Shown here: positions 49,521-58,435 of the stretch, piece by piece
How the letters are laid out: every line of letters begins with the position of its first letter
How positions within the stretch are numbered: the stretch's first letter is position 1
Assembly: GCA_002773855.1 (NCBI GenBank)
Contig: PEZY01000012.1
Span: forward strand, 161,570 to 225,569
Length of the DNA stretch: 64,000 nucleotides
Direction of reading: 5' to 3'
Origin: Candidatus Buchananbacteria bacterium CG10_big_fil_rev_8_21_14_0_10_33_19
Lineage (GTDB): Bacteria; Patescibacteriota; Patescibacteriia; 2-01-FULL-39-33
Position numbers and translations under genes: made by a program
Notes under the pieces: model-generated
Told to the model about the DNA's origin: nothing
Seen by the model: only the letters and a program-made list of their open reading frames with translations
Databases searched by the model: none

Positions 49521-50649
49521 ATATATAAAATCTTGGTAGGCTTTCTCGTAGTCTAGTAACTATTTCGTAGTTGATGGTATTAGCCCAGTCGGCTAACTGT
49601 TCGACAGTAATTATCTCAGATTGTTGTTGACCAATTAAAACTACCTCATCACCGCTTTTTACGTGACCACAATCAGTAATATCTATAATTGTGACATTCA
49701 TGCAAATACGGCCTAAGACTGGGGCTTTCTTACCGTTCACCAAAACATAAGCTTTATTGCTTAGTTTTCGATCGTAGCCGTCGTAGTAACCAACGGGAAT
49801 AGTGGCGGCGGTGGTAGGGCGAGTAGTTTTGTAAGTACAGCCATAACCAACCAAACTGTTTTCCGGTATGTTCTTTATTTGACCGACAATGGTTTTAAAT
49901 TCTAAGGCTGGTTGTAGAATCATGTTTTTTTCTTTAGTCAATTTGGCAACATCCGGGCCAGGGTAATAGCCGTAAACAGAAATACCAGGTCTAATTAAAT
50001 TACCAATATTATCTCTCGATAGTAATACCGAAGCACTTTTATGGCAGTGAATAATTAAATCATGACCAATGATTTTTTTTAGATTATTGATAGCGATTTT
50101 AAATTTTTCTAATTGTCGGTTGAAATAAGCAGGGTTAAGTGGATCGTCAGAATTGGCAAAGTGTGTCGCTAGGCCTTCGATTTTTATATTAGGTAGTTTT
50201 AATATTTCTTTAGCTAAATTAGATGAGTGCTCTAGAAGAACGCCATGTCGGTGCATGCCAGTATCTATTTTTAGGTGAATATTAGCAGTTTGATTTCTAG
50301 ACTTACCAAGATCTGATAATTTTTTAGCGTAATTAATATTGCTAATAAATAATCTAAGATTTAAATCAAAAATTTTTTCTAATTCATATTCAGCTACAAA
50401 GCCAATAACTAAAATAGGATGATTAATGCCAGCAGATCTAACTCTTTGGGCTTCTTCTGTAGAATTAACAGATAACCATTCAACACCAGATTCAATAAGT
50501 ATTTTAGTAGTTTCTATTAAGCCATGGCCGTAAGCATTGGCTTTAACACAAGGAGAAATTATGGTGTTTGGACCATTTATTTCTCGTATTGTTTTGATGT
50601 TATGCGCTATTTTAGCTTTAGAGATTTCGATCCAGGCTAGGTGGTTCAT
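49519..50649 (-). CDS. alr: Alanine racemase
   Basis: VKANAYGHG (PLP Lys), HLKIDTGMHRHG, RPGISVYG, VGYG, PVGYYDG, GRICMN, TINYE. Confidence 0.95.
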   Translation of the reverse strand: MNHLAWIEISKAKIAHNIKTIREINGPNTIISPCVKANAYGHGLIETTKILIESGVEWLSVNSTEEAQRVRSAGINHPILVIGFVAEYELEKIFDLNLRLFISNINYAKKLSDLGKSRNQTANIHLKIDTGMHRHGVLLEHSSNLAKEILKLPNIKIEGLATHFANSDDPLNPAYFNRQLEKFKIAINNLKKIIGHDLIIHCHKSASVLLSRDNIGNLIRPGISVYGYYPGPDVAKLTKEKNMILQPALEFKTIVGQIKNIPENSLVGYGCTYKTTRPTTAATIPVGYYDGYDRKLSNKAYVLVNGKKAPVLGRICMNVTIIDITDCGHVKSGDEVVLIGQQQSEIITVEQLADWANTINYEIVTRLRESLPRFYI

Positions 50650-50741
50650 GGTTAGTTATAATTTATTTGATTTAAGACAGTCGTTATATTACTCCAAAGT
50701 AATAAAAAATCAATAGGCTAATATATACTTATTTTATAAAA

Positions 50742-50766
50742 TAAACAGCCAAGTATTTTGGCTGTT
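50742..50766 (-). terminator. Probable terminator of the VIT1 gene
   Basis: aacagccaa/ttggctgtt stem with an A-rich left flank. Confidence 0.55.
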
Positions 50767-50791
50767 GATTAAGGGTTAAAGTTATAATTTA

Positions 50792-51307
50792 TTAATTGGT
50801 AGAAAAAAACATGTTAATTAATACACCGGCATAGTAGCTAATGACAATGACCATCGTAGCTGTTAATAAATGCTCAAATACCATTTTTGCCGGACTCATT
50901 TTATTTGATTTAGCAATGATTAAGCTAAGTATTGTTAATAAAAATATTCCCCAAAGACAACTAATCAGTACCGCTGTTTGGAGACTAAATAAAACTATCG
51001 GGATAATAAAAGTGATAGCAAATACAAATTTTGATAAAAAGGTAGCAATAGTGGCTTGCCAAACAGCTCGTGGGTGCTTACCATCAGTAGATTCCTCTGA
51101 GATATGTATACCAAAAGCATCAGACATGGCATCGGCAATAGCAATAGTTAGGACACCGCCTAAAACGGCTAATTTTGAGCCGGTGCTTTCTAATAGACCG
51201 ATCATTAGGCCTAGAGTGGTAATTACCCCAGATGTTAGGCCAAAATTAAGCCCAGATTTTAAAGAGTCGTTTAATTTAATGAAGGTTTTTTTCTTTGACC
51301 AAAACAT
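50792..51307 (-). CDS. VIT1/CCC1 family transporter-like membrane protein
   Basis: FGLTSGVITTLGL..G, IADAMSDAFG.HISEE; 5 TM. Confidence 0.8.
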   Translation of the reverse strand: MFWSKKKTFIKLNDSLKSGLNFGLTSGVITTLGLMIGLLESTGSKLAVLGGVLTIAIADAMSDAFGIHISEESTDGKHPRAVWQATIATFLSKFVFAITFIIPIVLFSLQTAVLISCLWGIFLLTILSLIIAKSNKMSPAKMVFEHLLTATMVIVISYYAGVLINMFFSTN

Positions 51308-51388
51308 AGTTTAATATTAGTTTGTTAAATACATTATATCACATAAATAACAATACTATTGCTATTTATTGAGTTACTAGGTCTTGTA

Positions 51389-51417
51389 TTGACAAAGTTT
51401 TATATATATGTTAATAT
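51389..51417 (+). promoter_or_regulatory. Sigma70-type promoter
   Basis: TTGACA-14 nt-TG-t-TAATAT. Confidence 0.6.
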
Positions 51418-51479
51418 ATAAAGTTACTAGAGTAACAATTGTTCATTTCAATGTTATAACTCGAAAGGAATTAATTGAG

Positions 51480-51839
51480 ATGGGTAGACCCAGAAGTCGT
51501 AGAATTTTTTATACCAATTGGCAAGAGGCCAGTGTGGCTACTAGAAAACTTGGTATTACTAGTTATCTGGATTATAAGCGGAGATACAAGGAGGATGCGA
51601 GGTTACCGTCTAATCCCAATACGTTTTATTCAGATTTTCCTGGGCGGCCGATGTTTTTAAGGGGAGAATCTAAGAATATTTATTCAACCTGGCAAGAGGC
51701 CAGTGTGGTTGCCAAAAAACTTGGCATTGTTAAGTGCTTGGATTATAATCGGAGGCATAAGGAGGATGCGAGGTTACCGTCTAATCCCAATACGTTTTAT
51801 TCAGATTTTCCTGGGTGGAAAATTTTTTTGAGTAAATAA
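51480..51839 (+). CDS. Small protein made of two 'integrase repeat' (INT_rpt-like) units; start moved to ATG 51480
   Basis: Two 57-aa units Y.tWqEAS.a..kLGI....DY.RR.KED.RLPSNP..FYSDFPG; SD GAAAGGA at 51463-51469. Confidence 0.7.
   Translation: MGRPRSRRIFYTNWQEASVATRKLGITSYLDYKRRYKEDARLPSNPNTFYSDFPGRPMFLRGESKNIYSTWQEASVVAKKLGIVKCLDYNRRHKEDARLPSNPNTFYSDFPGWKIFLSK
51588..51815 (+). repeat. Intragenic direct repeat, 171-bp period, with 57-bp identical blocks (51588-51644 and 51759-51815)
   Basis: aaggaggatgcgaggttaccgtctaatcccaatacgttttattcagattttcctggg occurs twice. Confidence 0.95.
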
Positions 51840-51858
51840 GACTGGTAAATAATGACAT

Positions 51859-51886
51859 AACTGAGGTTTTTCGACCTCAGTTTTTT
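51859..51886 (+). terminator. Intrinsic terminator
   Basis: aactgaggt/acctcagtt stem followed by a T-tract. Confidence 0.75.
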
Positions 51887-51961
51887 ATTTTATCTAAAAT
51901 ATTGATCTAGACTTAAATAAGTTTAAAATATATACTTACAAATATTACTATAAATTAAATA

Positions 51962-53119
51962 ATGCATAATATTAGAGACAAAAAAGTAGCCATTGTGGTG
52001 TGTGCTTGGCCGCCTAGTGGTGGTGGGATTGGTAATAATGCTAGTTACCATTTACATTACTTAAAACAACTGGGTTACAAGGCCCAGGCTTTTACGCCGC
52101 AGTATAAAAATATTTCTATTATTAGTGATCCAGCTATTGAATACTTGCCAGTAACTTTGCCAATCGGTAAGGCTGGTTTTATTTTCTCATTGTATAAAAA
52201 ATTAAAAGACTTTGATATTATTCATCTTTATTATCCGTTTTTTGGTACGGACATAATAATTTTGTTTTTTAAATTATTGAATAGGAATAAAAAAATAATT
52301 GTTCATTATCAAATGGATCCAGTAGGACGAGGTTATCAAAAAATTATTTTTAAAATTCACATTAAAATATTTTTACCTTTAATTGTTAAGGTTAGTAATA
52401 AGATATTTGTTTTATCTTGGGATAACGCTAGACATACGTATTTAAATACGTATTTAAATACGTATAATAAAAAATTTATTGAAATCCCAAATGGAATTGA
52501 CACCAGTATATTTAAAATAAAAACAAAAAATATTGATCTAGCTGGCCAATATAACATTACAAGTAAAAATAAATTATTAATTTTTGCTGGCGGTTTGGAT
52601 GACCAGCACTTCTTTAAGGGGGTTGATGTTTTAATTAGGGCATTTGATAAAATATCAAAAAATAATAAAGAGGTTAAGTTAATGATTATCGGTGATGGTA
52701 ATAGAAAGAAATTTTATGAAAGATTAGTTGATGATTTCGGATTGGGTGAGCGAGTTATTTTTACCGGTTGGATTGATAATAAAAAATTGGCGGACTATTA
52801 TAATTTGGGCAGTGTTTTTGTTTTACCATCTACCGAGAGAACTGAAAGTTTTGGTATTGTAATAGCTGAGGCCCAGGCTTGTGGTTTGCCAGCTATTGTG
52901 TCGAACTGGCCGGGTAGTCGTTTAACTATTGAAGATGGCAAAACAGGGTTATTAGTGGAACCTAAAAATGAAAATGATTTGACTAATAAAATTATCAGAT
53001 TATTAAATGATAATGATTTAAGACAGGCTATGAGTAGAAAGGCTATAGTTCGAGCTAACGAAAAATATTCTTGGGACTCTATTATAATCAAAATTGATTC
53101 TGTCTATAAAAATTTATGA
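51962..53119 (+). CDS. Glycosyltransferase family 4
   Basis: WPPSGGGIG, IPNGID, FKGVDVLI, PSTERTESFGIVIAEAQACG. Confidence 0.9.
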   Translation: MHNIRDKKVAIVVCAWPPSGGGIGNNASYHLHYLKQLGYKAQAFTPQYKNISIISDPAIEYLPVTLPIGKAGFIFSLYKKLKDFDIIHLYYPFFGTDIIILFFKLLNRNKKIIVHYQMDPVGRGYQKIIFKIHIKIFLPLIVKVSNKIFVLSWDNARHTYLNTYLNTYNKKFIEIPNGIDTSIFKIKTKNIDLAGQYNITSKNKLLIFAGGLDDQHFFKGVDVLIRAFDKISKNNKEVKLMIIGDGNRKKFYERLVDDFGLGERVIFTGWIDNKKLADYYNLGSVFVLPSTERTESFGIVIAEAQACGLPAIVSNWPGSRLTIEDGKTGLLVEPKNENDLTNKIIRLLNDNDLRQAMSRKAIVRANEKYSWDSIIIKIDSVYKNL

Positions 53120-53496
53120 AAAAAAATAATTTAAAATTTTTTTATATCATCGCAAGTATTATTTGGATGCTGTTGATTTTTTGGGAATCATCAATTGGTG
53201 ATTATTCGGTGGTGCCAGGTGTTAGCGATGGTCACAATGATGTAATGTCTTCCATTGTTCATGTGCTAACTTATTTGATATTGTGTTTTTTATTTATTAA
53301 ATCTTTTATCGTAAATGGCGTTAGAAGAAATCAGGCTATAATTTATGGATTTTTATTGTCGGCTTTATATGGGGCGACAGATGAATGGCATCAATTTTTT
53401 GTACCCGGTCGTGAGATGCATTTTGGTGATTGGCTACTAGATGTTGCTGGCTCATTGATTGTTTTTAGTTTTTATAAATATAAAATTAAAAAATGA
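53116..53496 (+). CDS. VanZ-like membrane protein
   Basis: WMLLIFW.SS, HVLTY, YGATDEWHQFFVPGR, DWLLDVAG. Confidence 0.88.
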   Translation: MKKNNLKFFYIIASIIWMLLIFWESSIGDYSVVPGVSDGHNDVMSSIVHVLTYLILCFLFIKSFIVNGVRRNQAIIYGFLLSALYGATDEWHQFFVPGREMHFGDWLLDVAGSLIVFSFYKYKIKK

Positions 53497-54668
53497 AACT
53501 AGCTATTATTCATTCAATTTATAAACCCTATTCTCGTGGCGGTGCTGAAGTAGTAGTAGAGAATATTGCTAATGGTTTTAAAAAAAACGGTAATGATGTT
53601 TTGGTTATTGCTTTGGGTTATAAAAATGAAATTAAAGATGTAGATGGCGTAAAAGTTTATTATATTAAACCTTTTAATTTGTTTAATTTTTTAGATATTA
53701 ATTCTAAGCCGGCTTGGTTCAGGTTGCCTTGGCATATTATTGATATGATTAATGATGTTCAGACTTGGAGAATTTATAAGATTTTAAAGCAAGAAAATCC
53801 AGATTTAGTATTGACCCATAATCTCAAAGGCTTAGGTTATTATATTCCTTGGCTCTTGAAAATTATGAAGCTAAGACATATTCATACGATTCATGATATG
53901 CAATTAATTCATCCGTCTGGGCTACTGCAAAAAAATCAAAAACTTAATTTGGTTGTGAGTTTTTATGCTTGGCTTAATAAAAAATTATTTAATAAAGTAG
54001 AAAAAGTTATTTTTCCATCTAATTATATAAAAACTGCTTATGAGTCTTATGGGTTTTTTGCTAGTGCTGATAAATTGGTAGTAGCTAACCCTGTAGAAAT
54101 TCATGATTATGATTTCAAGCCAAAATGTAAAAATAGTCAAAATCCGCAGTTATTGTTTTTGGGTCAAGTCGAAGAATATAAGGGAATTCTAGATTTAATT
54201 GCGGCGACTAAAAAAATAAAAATAAATTTTACATTGCATATTGTCGGTGATGGCTCGGCTTTGGCTAAAGCTAAAGATTTAGTGACTAATGATTTAAGAT
54301 TTAAGTTCTATGGTCGTTTGTCACAAGCTGAATTAAAAAATAATATTTGGTCTAAAATTGATTTATTAATTAACCCAACTAAAGTGCCAGAAAGTTTTGG
54401 CCTGGTAGTAGCCGAGGCTTTTTCTTATGGCATACCAGTTTTAGCCTCTGACATTGGAGCGATACCAGAGTTAATCGATGATGGTAAAAATGGCTGGTTG
54501 TTTAAACCGGGTGACATTGACGAACTTAGTTATAAGATTAAGTCTATTACTGGTAGTATTTGTGCTTATGAATCAATTGGTCTTTTAGGGCATCAAAAGG
54601 TTAAAGATATGAGCATTGACCACTATTTGAATAAGCTAGAGGAATTTGCTAAGATAACATCATCTTAA
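53493..54668 (+). CDS. Glycosyltransferase family 4
   Basis: RGGAE, HTIHD, GQVEEYKG, PESFGLVVAEAF...IGAIPE. Confidence 0.9.
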   Translation: MKLAIIHSIYKPYSRGGAEVVVENIANGFKKNGNDVLVIALGYKNEIKDVDGVKVYYIKPFNLFNFLDINSKPAWFRLPWHIIDMINDVQTWRIYKILKQENPDLVLTHNLKGLGYYIPWLLKIMKLRHIHTIHDMQLIHPSGLLQKNQKLNLVVSFYAWLNKKLFNKVEKVIFPSNYIKTAYESYGFFASADKLVVANPVEIHDYDFKPKCKNSQNPQLLFLGQVEEYKGILDLIAATKKIKINFTLHIVGDGSALAKAKDLVTNDLRFKFYGRLSQAELKNNIWSKIDLLINPTKVPESFGLVVAEAFSYGIPVLASDIGAIPELIDDGKNGWLFKPGDIDELSYKIKSITGSICAYESIGLLGHQKVKDMSIDHYLNKLEEFAKITSS

Positions 54669-54685
54669 ATTAAATCTAAATTGTA

Positions 54686-55744
54686 ATGGAAGCTATTTTG
54701 GTAATTTTAATTTTATTCATTGTATTTTTTGCAGTAGCTGTAGGCGGACTGTTTTTATTTTTTAATAAGAAATTTACCGAACTTCAAGCTAGTAAAAAAG
54801 ATGATCAATCATTTTTAATGTTGCAGGAAAGGATTAAAGAACTTAATCAAACAATGGATGTTAAATTGTCTGACTCAACAAGACAAATGCAAACTCAATT
54901 TAGTCATAGCTTAAGTGTGATTAAAGATGTAGCCGAAAAAGCTGCTCAGATTCAAGAAACTAATAAACAAGTTAAAGACTTTTCTCAGCAATTATTTGAT
55001 TTGAAACGAGTCTTAACTTCCCAAAAGCAAAGAGGTAATCTGGGAGAAGCCGGATTACATTTAGTTTTAGAAAATATATTGCCACCATCAGCTTACCAGT
55101 TTCAATATAAAATTAATGATGGCGCAGTAGTAGATGCAGCAATTTTTACCAAAGATGGGGTGATCCCAGTTGATGCTAAATTTTCTTTGGAGAATTATAA
55201 TCGAATTGTTAATGAAGACGATGAAGATCGCAGAAAGCAATTAGAGAAAGAATTTAAAAATGATTTAAAGAAGCGAATTGATGAAACTGCTAAATATATT
55301 CAACCAAATAAAGGGACAATGGATTTTGCCTTTATGTTTATTCCAGCTGAAGCTATTTATTATGATTTATTAGTAAATGAAGTGGGAGCGGTTAAGGTGG
55401 ACACCGGTGGTTTAATTGATTATGCTTTCAAAGAAAAAAAAGTTATAATAGTATCACCAACGACTTTTGCGGCTTATTTACAAACTGTGTTACAGGGTTT
55501 AAGAGCTTTAAAAATTGAAGGTCAGGCTAAAGATATAATTAAAAATGTTGAGAAGTTGCAAAGACATTTAATTTCCTATGATGATCGATTACAGAAATTG
55601 GGTAATAGTTTAAACACCACAGTCAATGCTTATAATATTTCTTACAAAGAATTTAATAAAATTGATAAAGACATTGTAAAAATTACTGATCAAGAATCAA
55701 AGATAGATATTTTAGAAATTGATAATCCAAGATTCGAAAAATAA
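54686..55744 (+). CDS. rmuC: DNA recombination protein RmuC family
   Basis: N-terminal TM and coiled coil; KQRGNLGE..L, VDAKFS, KYI, TMDFAFMFIPAE, VSPTT. Confidence 0.9.
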   Translation: MEAILVILILFIVFFAVAVGGLFLFFNKKFTELQASKKDDQSFLMLQERIKELNQTMDVKLSDSTRQMQTQFSHSLSVIKDVAEKAAQIQETNKQVKDFSQQLFDLKRVLTSQKQRGNLGEAGLHLVLENILPPSAYQFQYKINDGAVVDAAIFTKDGVIPVDAKFSLENYNRIVNEDDEDRRKQLEKEFKNDLKKRIDETAKYIQPNKGTMDFAFMFIPAEAIYYDLLVNEVGAVKVDTGGLIDYAFKEKKVIIVSPTTFAAYLQTVLQGLRALKIEGQAKDIIKNVEKLQRHLISYDDRLQKLGNSLNTTVNAYNISYKEFNKIDKDIVKITDQESKIDILEIDNPRFEK

Positions 55745-55754
55745 CTACAAAAAT

Positions 55755-56111
55755 ATGGATTACGCTAAGCAATTTTTGGGAAAAATAGTTTCAGCGAAGA
55801 TAGATAGACCAATGGGGTCTATTCATCCCACTCACGGCTTCGCTTATACGGTTAATTATGACTTTATTCCTAATACTAGTGCTCCAGATGGTGAAGAAGT
55901 GGATGTTTATGTAGTGGGTGTTTTTGAACCAATAGAAAAGTTTACTGGTAAATGTATTGCCGTTATTCATCGAACTAATGACAATGACGATAAGGTTATT
56001 TTGGCACCGGAAGATGTTGATTATACTGATAAACAGATAATGGCTTTGACAGAATTTCAAGAAAGATTTTTTAAATCAAAGGTAATTAAAAAAAATAGAA
56101 AAATAATTTAA
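55755..56111 (+). CDS. Short family I inorganic pyrophosphatase-like protein (start moved to MDYAK)
   Basis: IDRPMGSIHP, YTVNY.FIP, DGEEVDVY, DNDDK, FQERFF. Confidence 0.75.
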   Translation: MDYAKQFLGKIVSAKIDRPMGSIHPTHGFAYTVNYDFIPNTSAPDGEEVDVYVVGVFEPIEKFTGKCIAVIHRTNDNDDKVILAPEDVDYTDKQIMALTEFQERFFKSKVIKKNRKII

Positions 56112-56461
56112 TGAAATTTTATTATATAATAGCTGTATTAGGTATTCCATTTATTTTAGGTGGCTGTAGTAGTCAGACACAGGTGGTTAATACCGATAAT
56201 AATTTAATTATTGCTGATGAGGAATTTTGTATTGCTCACACCGAATCAAATATCAGTAGTGATGAGGCTTATGGTGTAGCTAAAAATAGTGAATGTGCCA
56301 TGGTAGGCACATTTAAAGAAGATTGTAGCTGTGATCCAGAGACATATATTTGCACTTTTGAGATAGAAACTGATAAACCAGATTGTAGTCCTGTTTGTTT
56401 GGTTGATTTAAAAACCAGTGAAGCAAGAGTTGATTGGCGTTGTAATCCTGACTCCCAGTAG
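56111..56461 (+). CDS. Cys-rich predicted lipoprotein
   Basis: Lipobox ILGG-C; 8 further Cys in an acidic ~80-aa domain. Confidence 0.65.
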   Translation: MKFYYIIAVLGIPFILGGCSSQTQVVNTDNNLIIADEEFCIAHTESNISSDEAYGVAKNSECAMVGTFKEDCSCDPETYICTFEIETDKPDCSPVCLVDLKTSEARVDWRCNPDSQ

Positions 56462-56484
56462 GGATTTAATTTACTTGTCGTGCA

Positions 56485-56516
56485 CCCGGTTTATACTGTG
56501 TAGGCCGGGTTTTTTA
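56485..56516 (+). terminator. Intrinsic terminator
   Basis: acccggtttata/tgtaggccgggt stem with G-U pairs, followed by a T-tract. Confidence 0.7.
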
Positions 56517-56545
56517 TTTTTGGTTTTATTTGTTAAGATGTCACT

Positions 56546-57796
56546 ATGTCATACAATAAATTGATTATCATTTTTTCATTTATTTTGTTTTTATTGTTTT
56601 TGGTGATAAATGTACCAGTACCAATTAGAATCGAAGGCGATGGAGTTTTTTATTATAGTTGGTTAAGATCAGCTATTTTTGATCATGATTTTGATTTTTA
56701 TAATGAGCTTAAATATTTTTCTGATTATGATGTTGGTAGTCGAGCTATACTGCATGACCAGCTTAAAACCTATATTGGTAAAGTGCCCAGTCCCTACGCT
56801 TATGGCACGGCTCTTTTATGGTTACCATTGTTTGTTATAGCTAGTCTGTTGTCATTCATCTTTAATTTACCACTCAATGGTTATTCCTGGTTTTATGTTT
56901 TTTTTGTTAATTTGTCCAGTTGGTTATTTGGTGTTGCTGCATATTTGATTGTTTATTCTAATTTAAAGAAATTTTTTTCCACTAGAATATCTTTTTGGAC
57001 ATCATTAGGAATTTATCTGGCGACACCGTGGTTTTATTATCAATTCTTTGAGCCATCAATGTCGCATTTGGCTTCTTTGTTTATGGTTTGTTGTTTTTTA
57101 CATTTCGTTATTAAATTTTATAAACAAGAAGAGGTTACTTTGTGGCTCTTGTCATTAGTAGTTTTTTTAATGATAGCTACGAGGTGGCAAAATTTACTTT
57201 TTTTAATTATCTTATTACCCATTTTTTGGCAAGAGAGATACAACTGGCAGCTATCTTTGAAGAGACTCTTGGTAGTTATTGGTTCTGTTGCTTTTTTTTG
57301 GTTAACTCAGTCTTTGATTTGGAAGCATCTTTATGGTTATTATTTTTTGCAGCCACAGGGTAGAGGATTTATCAGGTTGGATTTTCATGGTTGGTATGTT
57401 CTATTTTCATCTGATCGCGGGTTACTATTATGGACACCACTTTTGATTTTGGCTTTTTGTGGGTTTTATTATTTGTATAGAAAGTCCAGATTTTTGTTTT
57501 TAGTGTCTTTATTAGCCTTTTTTGTTCAGTGGCTGATTAATGGTTCGGTGCATGATTTAGGTGGCGGCGATGCCTATGGAGCCAGAAGATTTATTGAAAC
57601 ATTGCCATTTTTGGCACTAGCTTTGGCTGCGTTTTTGCAGAATATTAAATTTAAACAGCTTGTTGTTGGTCTAACTATTACATTAGTAATTTGGAATATG
57701 ATTTTAATTCAAAATTATAGACATGGTAATATACCGCATCATGGTGAGTTTAATTTATTGGAGATTAATTATTTAAATGGTATTATTAATAAATAG
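56546..57796 (+). CDS. GT-C fold membrane glycosyltransferase (PMT/ArnT-like)
   Basis: About 11 TM; first loop GDGVFYY.WLRS..FDHD, GTALLWLP, RGLLLWTP, YGARRF. Confidence 0.7.
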   Translation: MSYNKLIIIFSFILFLLFLVINVPVPIRIEGDGVFYYSWLRSAIFDHDFDFYNELKYFSDYDVGSRAILHDQLKTYIGKVPSPYAYGTALLWLPLFVIASLLSFIFNLPLNGYSWFYVFFVNLSSWLFGVAAYLIVYSNLKKFFSTRISFWTSLGIYLATPWFYYQFFEPSMSHLASLFMVCCFLHFVIKFYKQEEVTLWLLSLVVFLMIATRWQNLLFLIILLPIFWQERYNWQLSLKRLLVVIGSVAFFWLTQSLIWKHLYGYYFLQPQGRGFIRLDFHGWYVLFSSDRGLLLWTPLLILAFCGFYYLYRKSRFLFLVSLLAFFVQWLINGSVHDLGGGDAYGARRFIETLPFLALALAAFLQNIKFKQLVVGLTITLVIWNMILIQNYRHGNIPHHGEFNLLEINYLNGIINK

Positions 57797-57823
57797 TTTA
57801 TTTTATTATTAATATTAAATATT

Positions 57824-57964
57824 ATGATCGCAGCCAGTTTGGTAATTATAGGTATTGTGTTTTTATTTAAAAATCTAGGCATTATGCCAGAGATTGCCTG
57901 GGATATTGTGTGGCCAGTAATTTTAATTGTTCTTGGTCTGACAATGATTTTTAAAAAGAAATAG
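57824..57964 (+). CDS. 46-aa 2-TM protein, DUF5668/LiaF-TM-like (below the ORF-track length cutoff)
   Basis: My translation: MIAASLVIIGIVFLFKNLGIMPEIAWDIVWPVILIVLGLTMIFKKK*; followed by a terminator. Confidence 0.75.
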   Translation: MIAASLVIIGIVFLFKNLGIMPEIAWDIVWPVILIVLGLTMIFKKK

Positions 57965-57980
57965 TAATTAATTTGGAGAT

Positions 57981-58011
57981 AAAAAGTTGCTATGAGAATA
58001 GCAACTTTTTT
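57981..58011. terminator. Intrinsic terminator (potentially bidirectional)
   Basis: aaaaagttgctat-gaga-atagcaacttttt, 13-bp stem. Confidence 0.75.
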
Positions 58012-58167
58012 AATTTTAAATGAACCAGGTGGTGATTTCGTAAAAATTAAAAATTTGTTATACTATATTTAGTAAAGACCTTGTTTTTAAGTAATTGGAT
58101 ATATTGTAAGTATTGAAGTTTTTAATTAATTTTGCTAGATTTTAGCTATAAGTATATTTATTTAAAT

Positions 58168-58428
58168 ATGAATCAAGAAGTATTAAAATCAACAATTTTA
58201 GATAGGCTTGATTTAAAACATCGAGCTGATTTGCAAATAGAATTAATTAGACAAATGTTGGGTGATAATCCTTCACCAGAAGATGAGTTTAATTGGGTCA
58301 AAGAGTATGGTAAAAAGGTTAGTGACTTAATTGATTATCATGAACACGATGATATTAGAGATTTGTCTTTGAGAGGCGATTATAGTGCTGCTGCTGAGTT
58401 AATATTAGATTTATTAGAAGTAAAATAA
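58168..58428 (+). CDS. Hypothetical protein (likely start MNQEV)
   Basis: 86-aa acidic helical ORF 7 bp upstream of pgk. Confidence 0.55.
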   Translation: MNQEVLKSTILDRLDLKHRADLQIELIRQMLGDNPSPEDEFNWVKEYGKKVSDLIDYHEHDDIRDLSLRGDYSAAAELILDLLEVK

Positions 58429-58435
58429 TAAATTT

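Noticed and set aside
50841-51314. 157-aa plus-strand ORF
   Set aside because: Antisense shadow of the well-supported VIT1-like gene
51408-51479. Upstream extension of the INT-repeat ORF given in the track
   Set aside because: Overlaps the predicted promoter; the SD points to ATG 51480
51505-51815. 171-bp repeat as a DGR template/variable pair or CRISPR array
   Set aside because: Differences include C/T changes at non-adenine positions, both copies are in one frame, there are only two units, and no reverse transcriptase or cas gene is in the window
51480-51839. Integrase or prophage boundary
   Set aside because: No tyrosine or serine recombinase catalytic motifs, no phage genes and no att-like repeats seen
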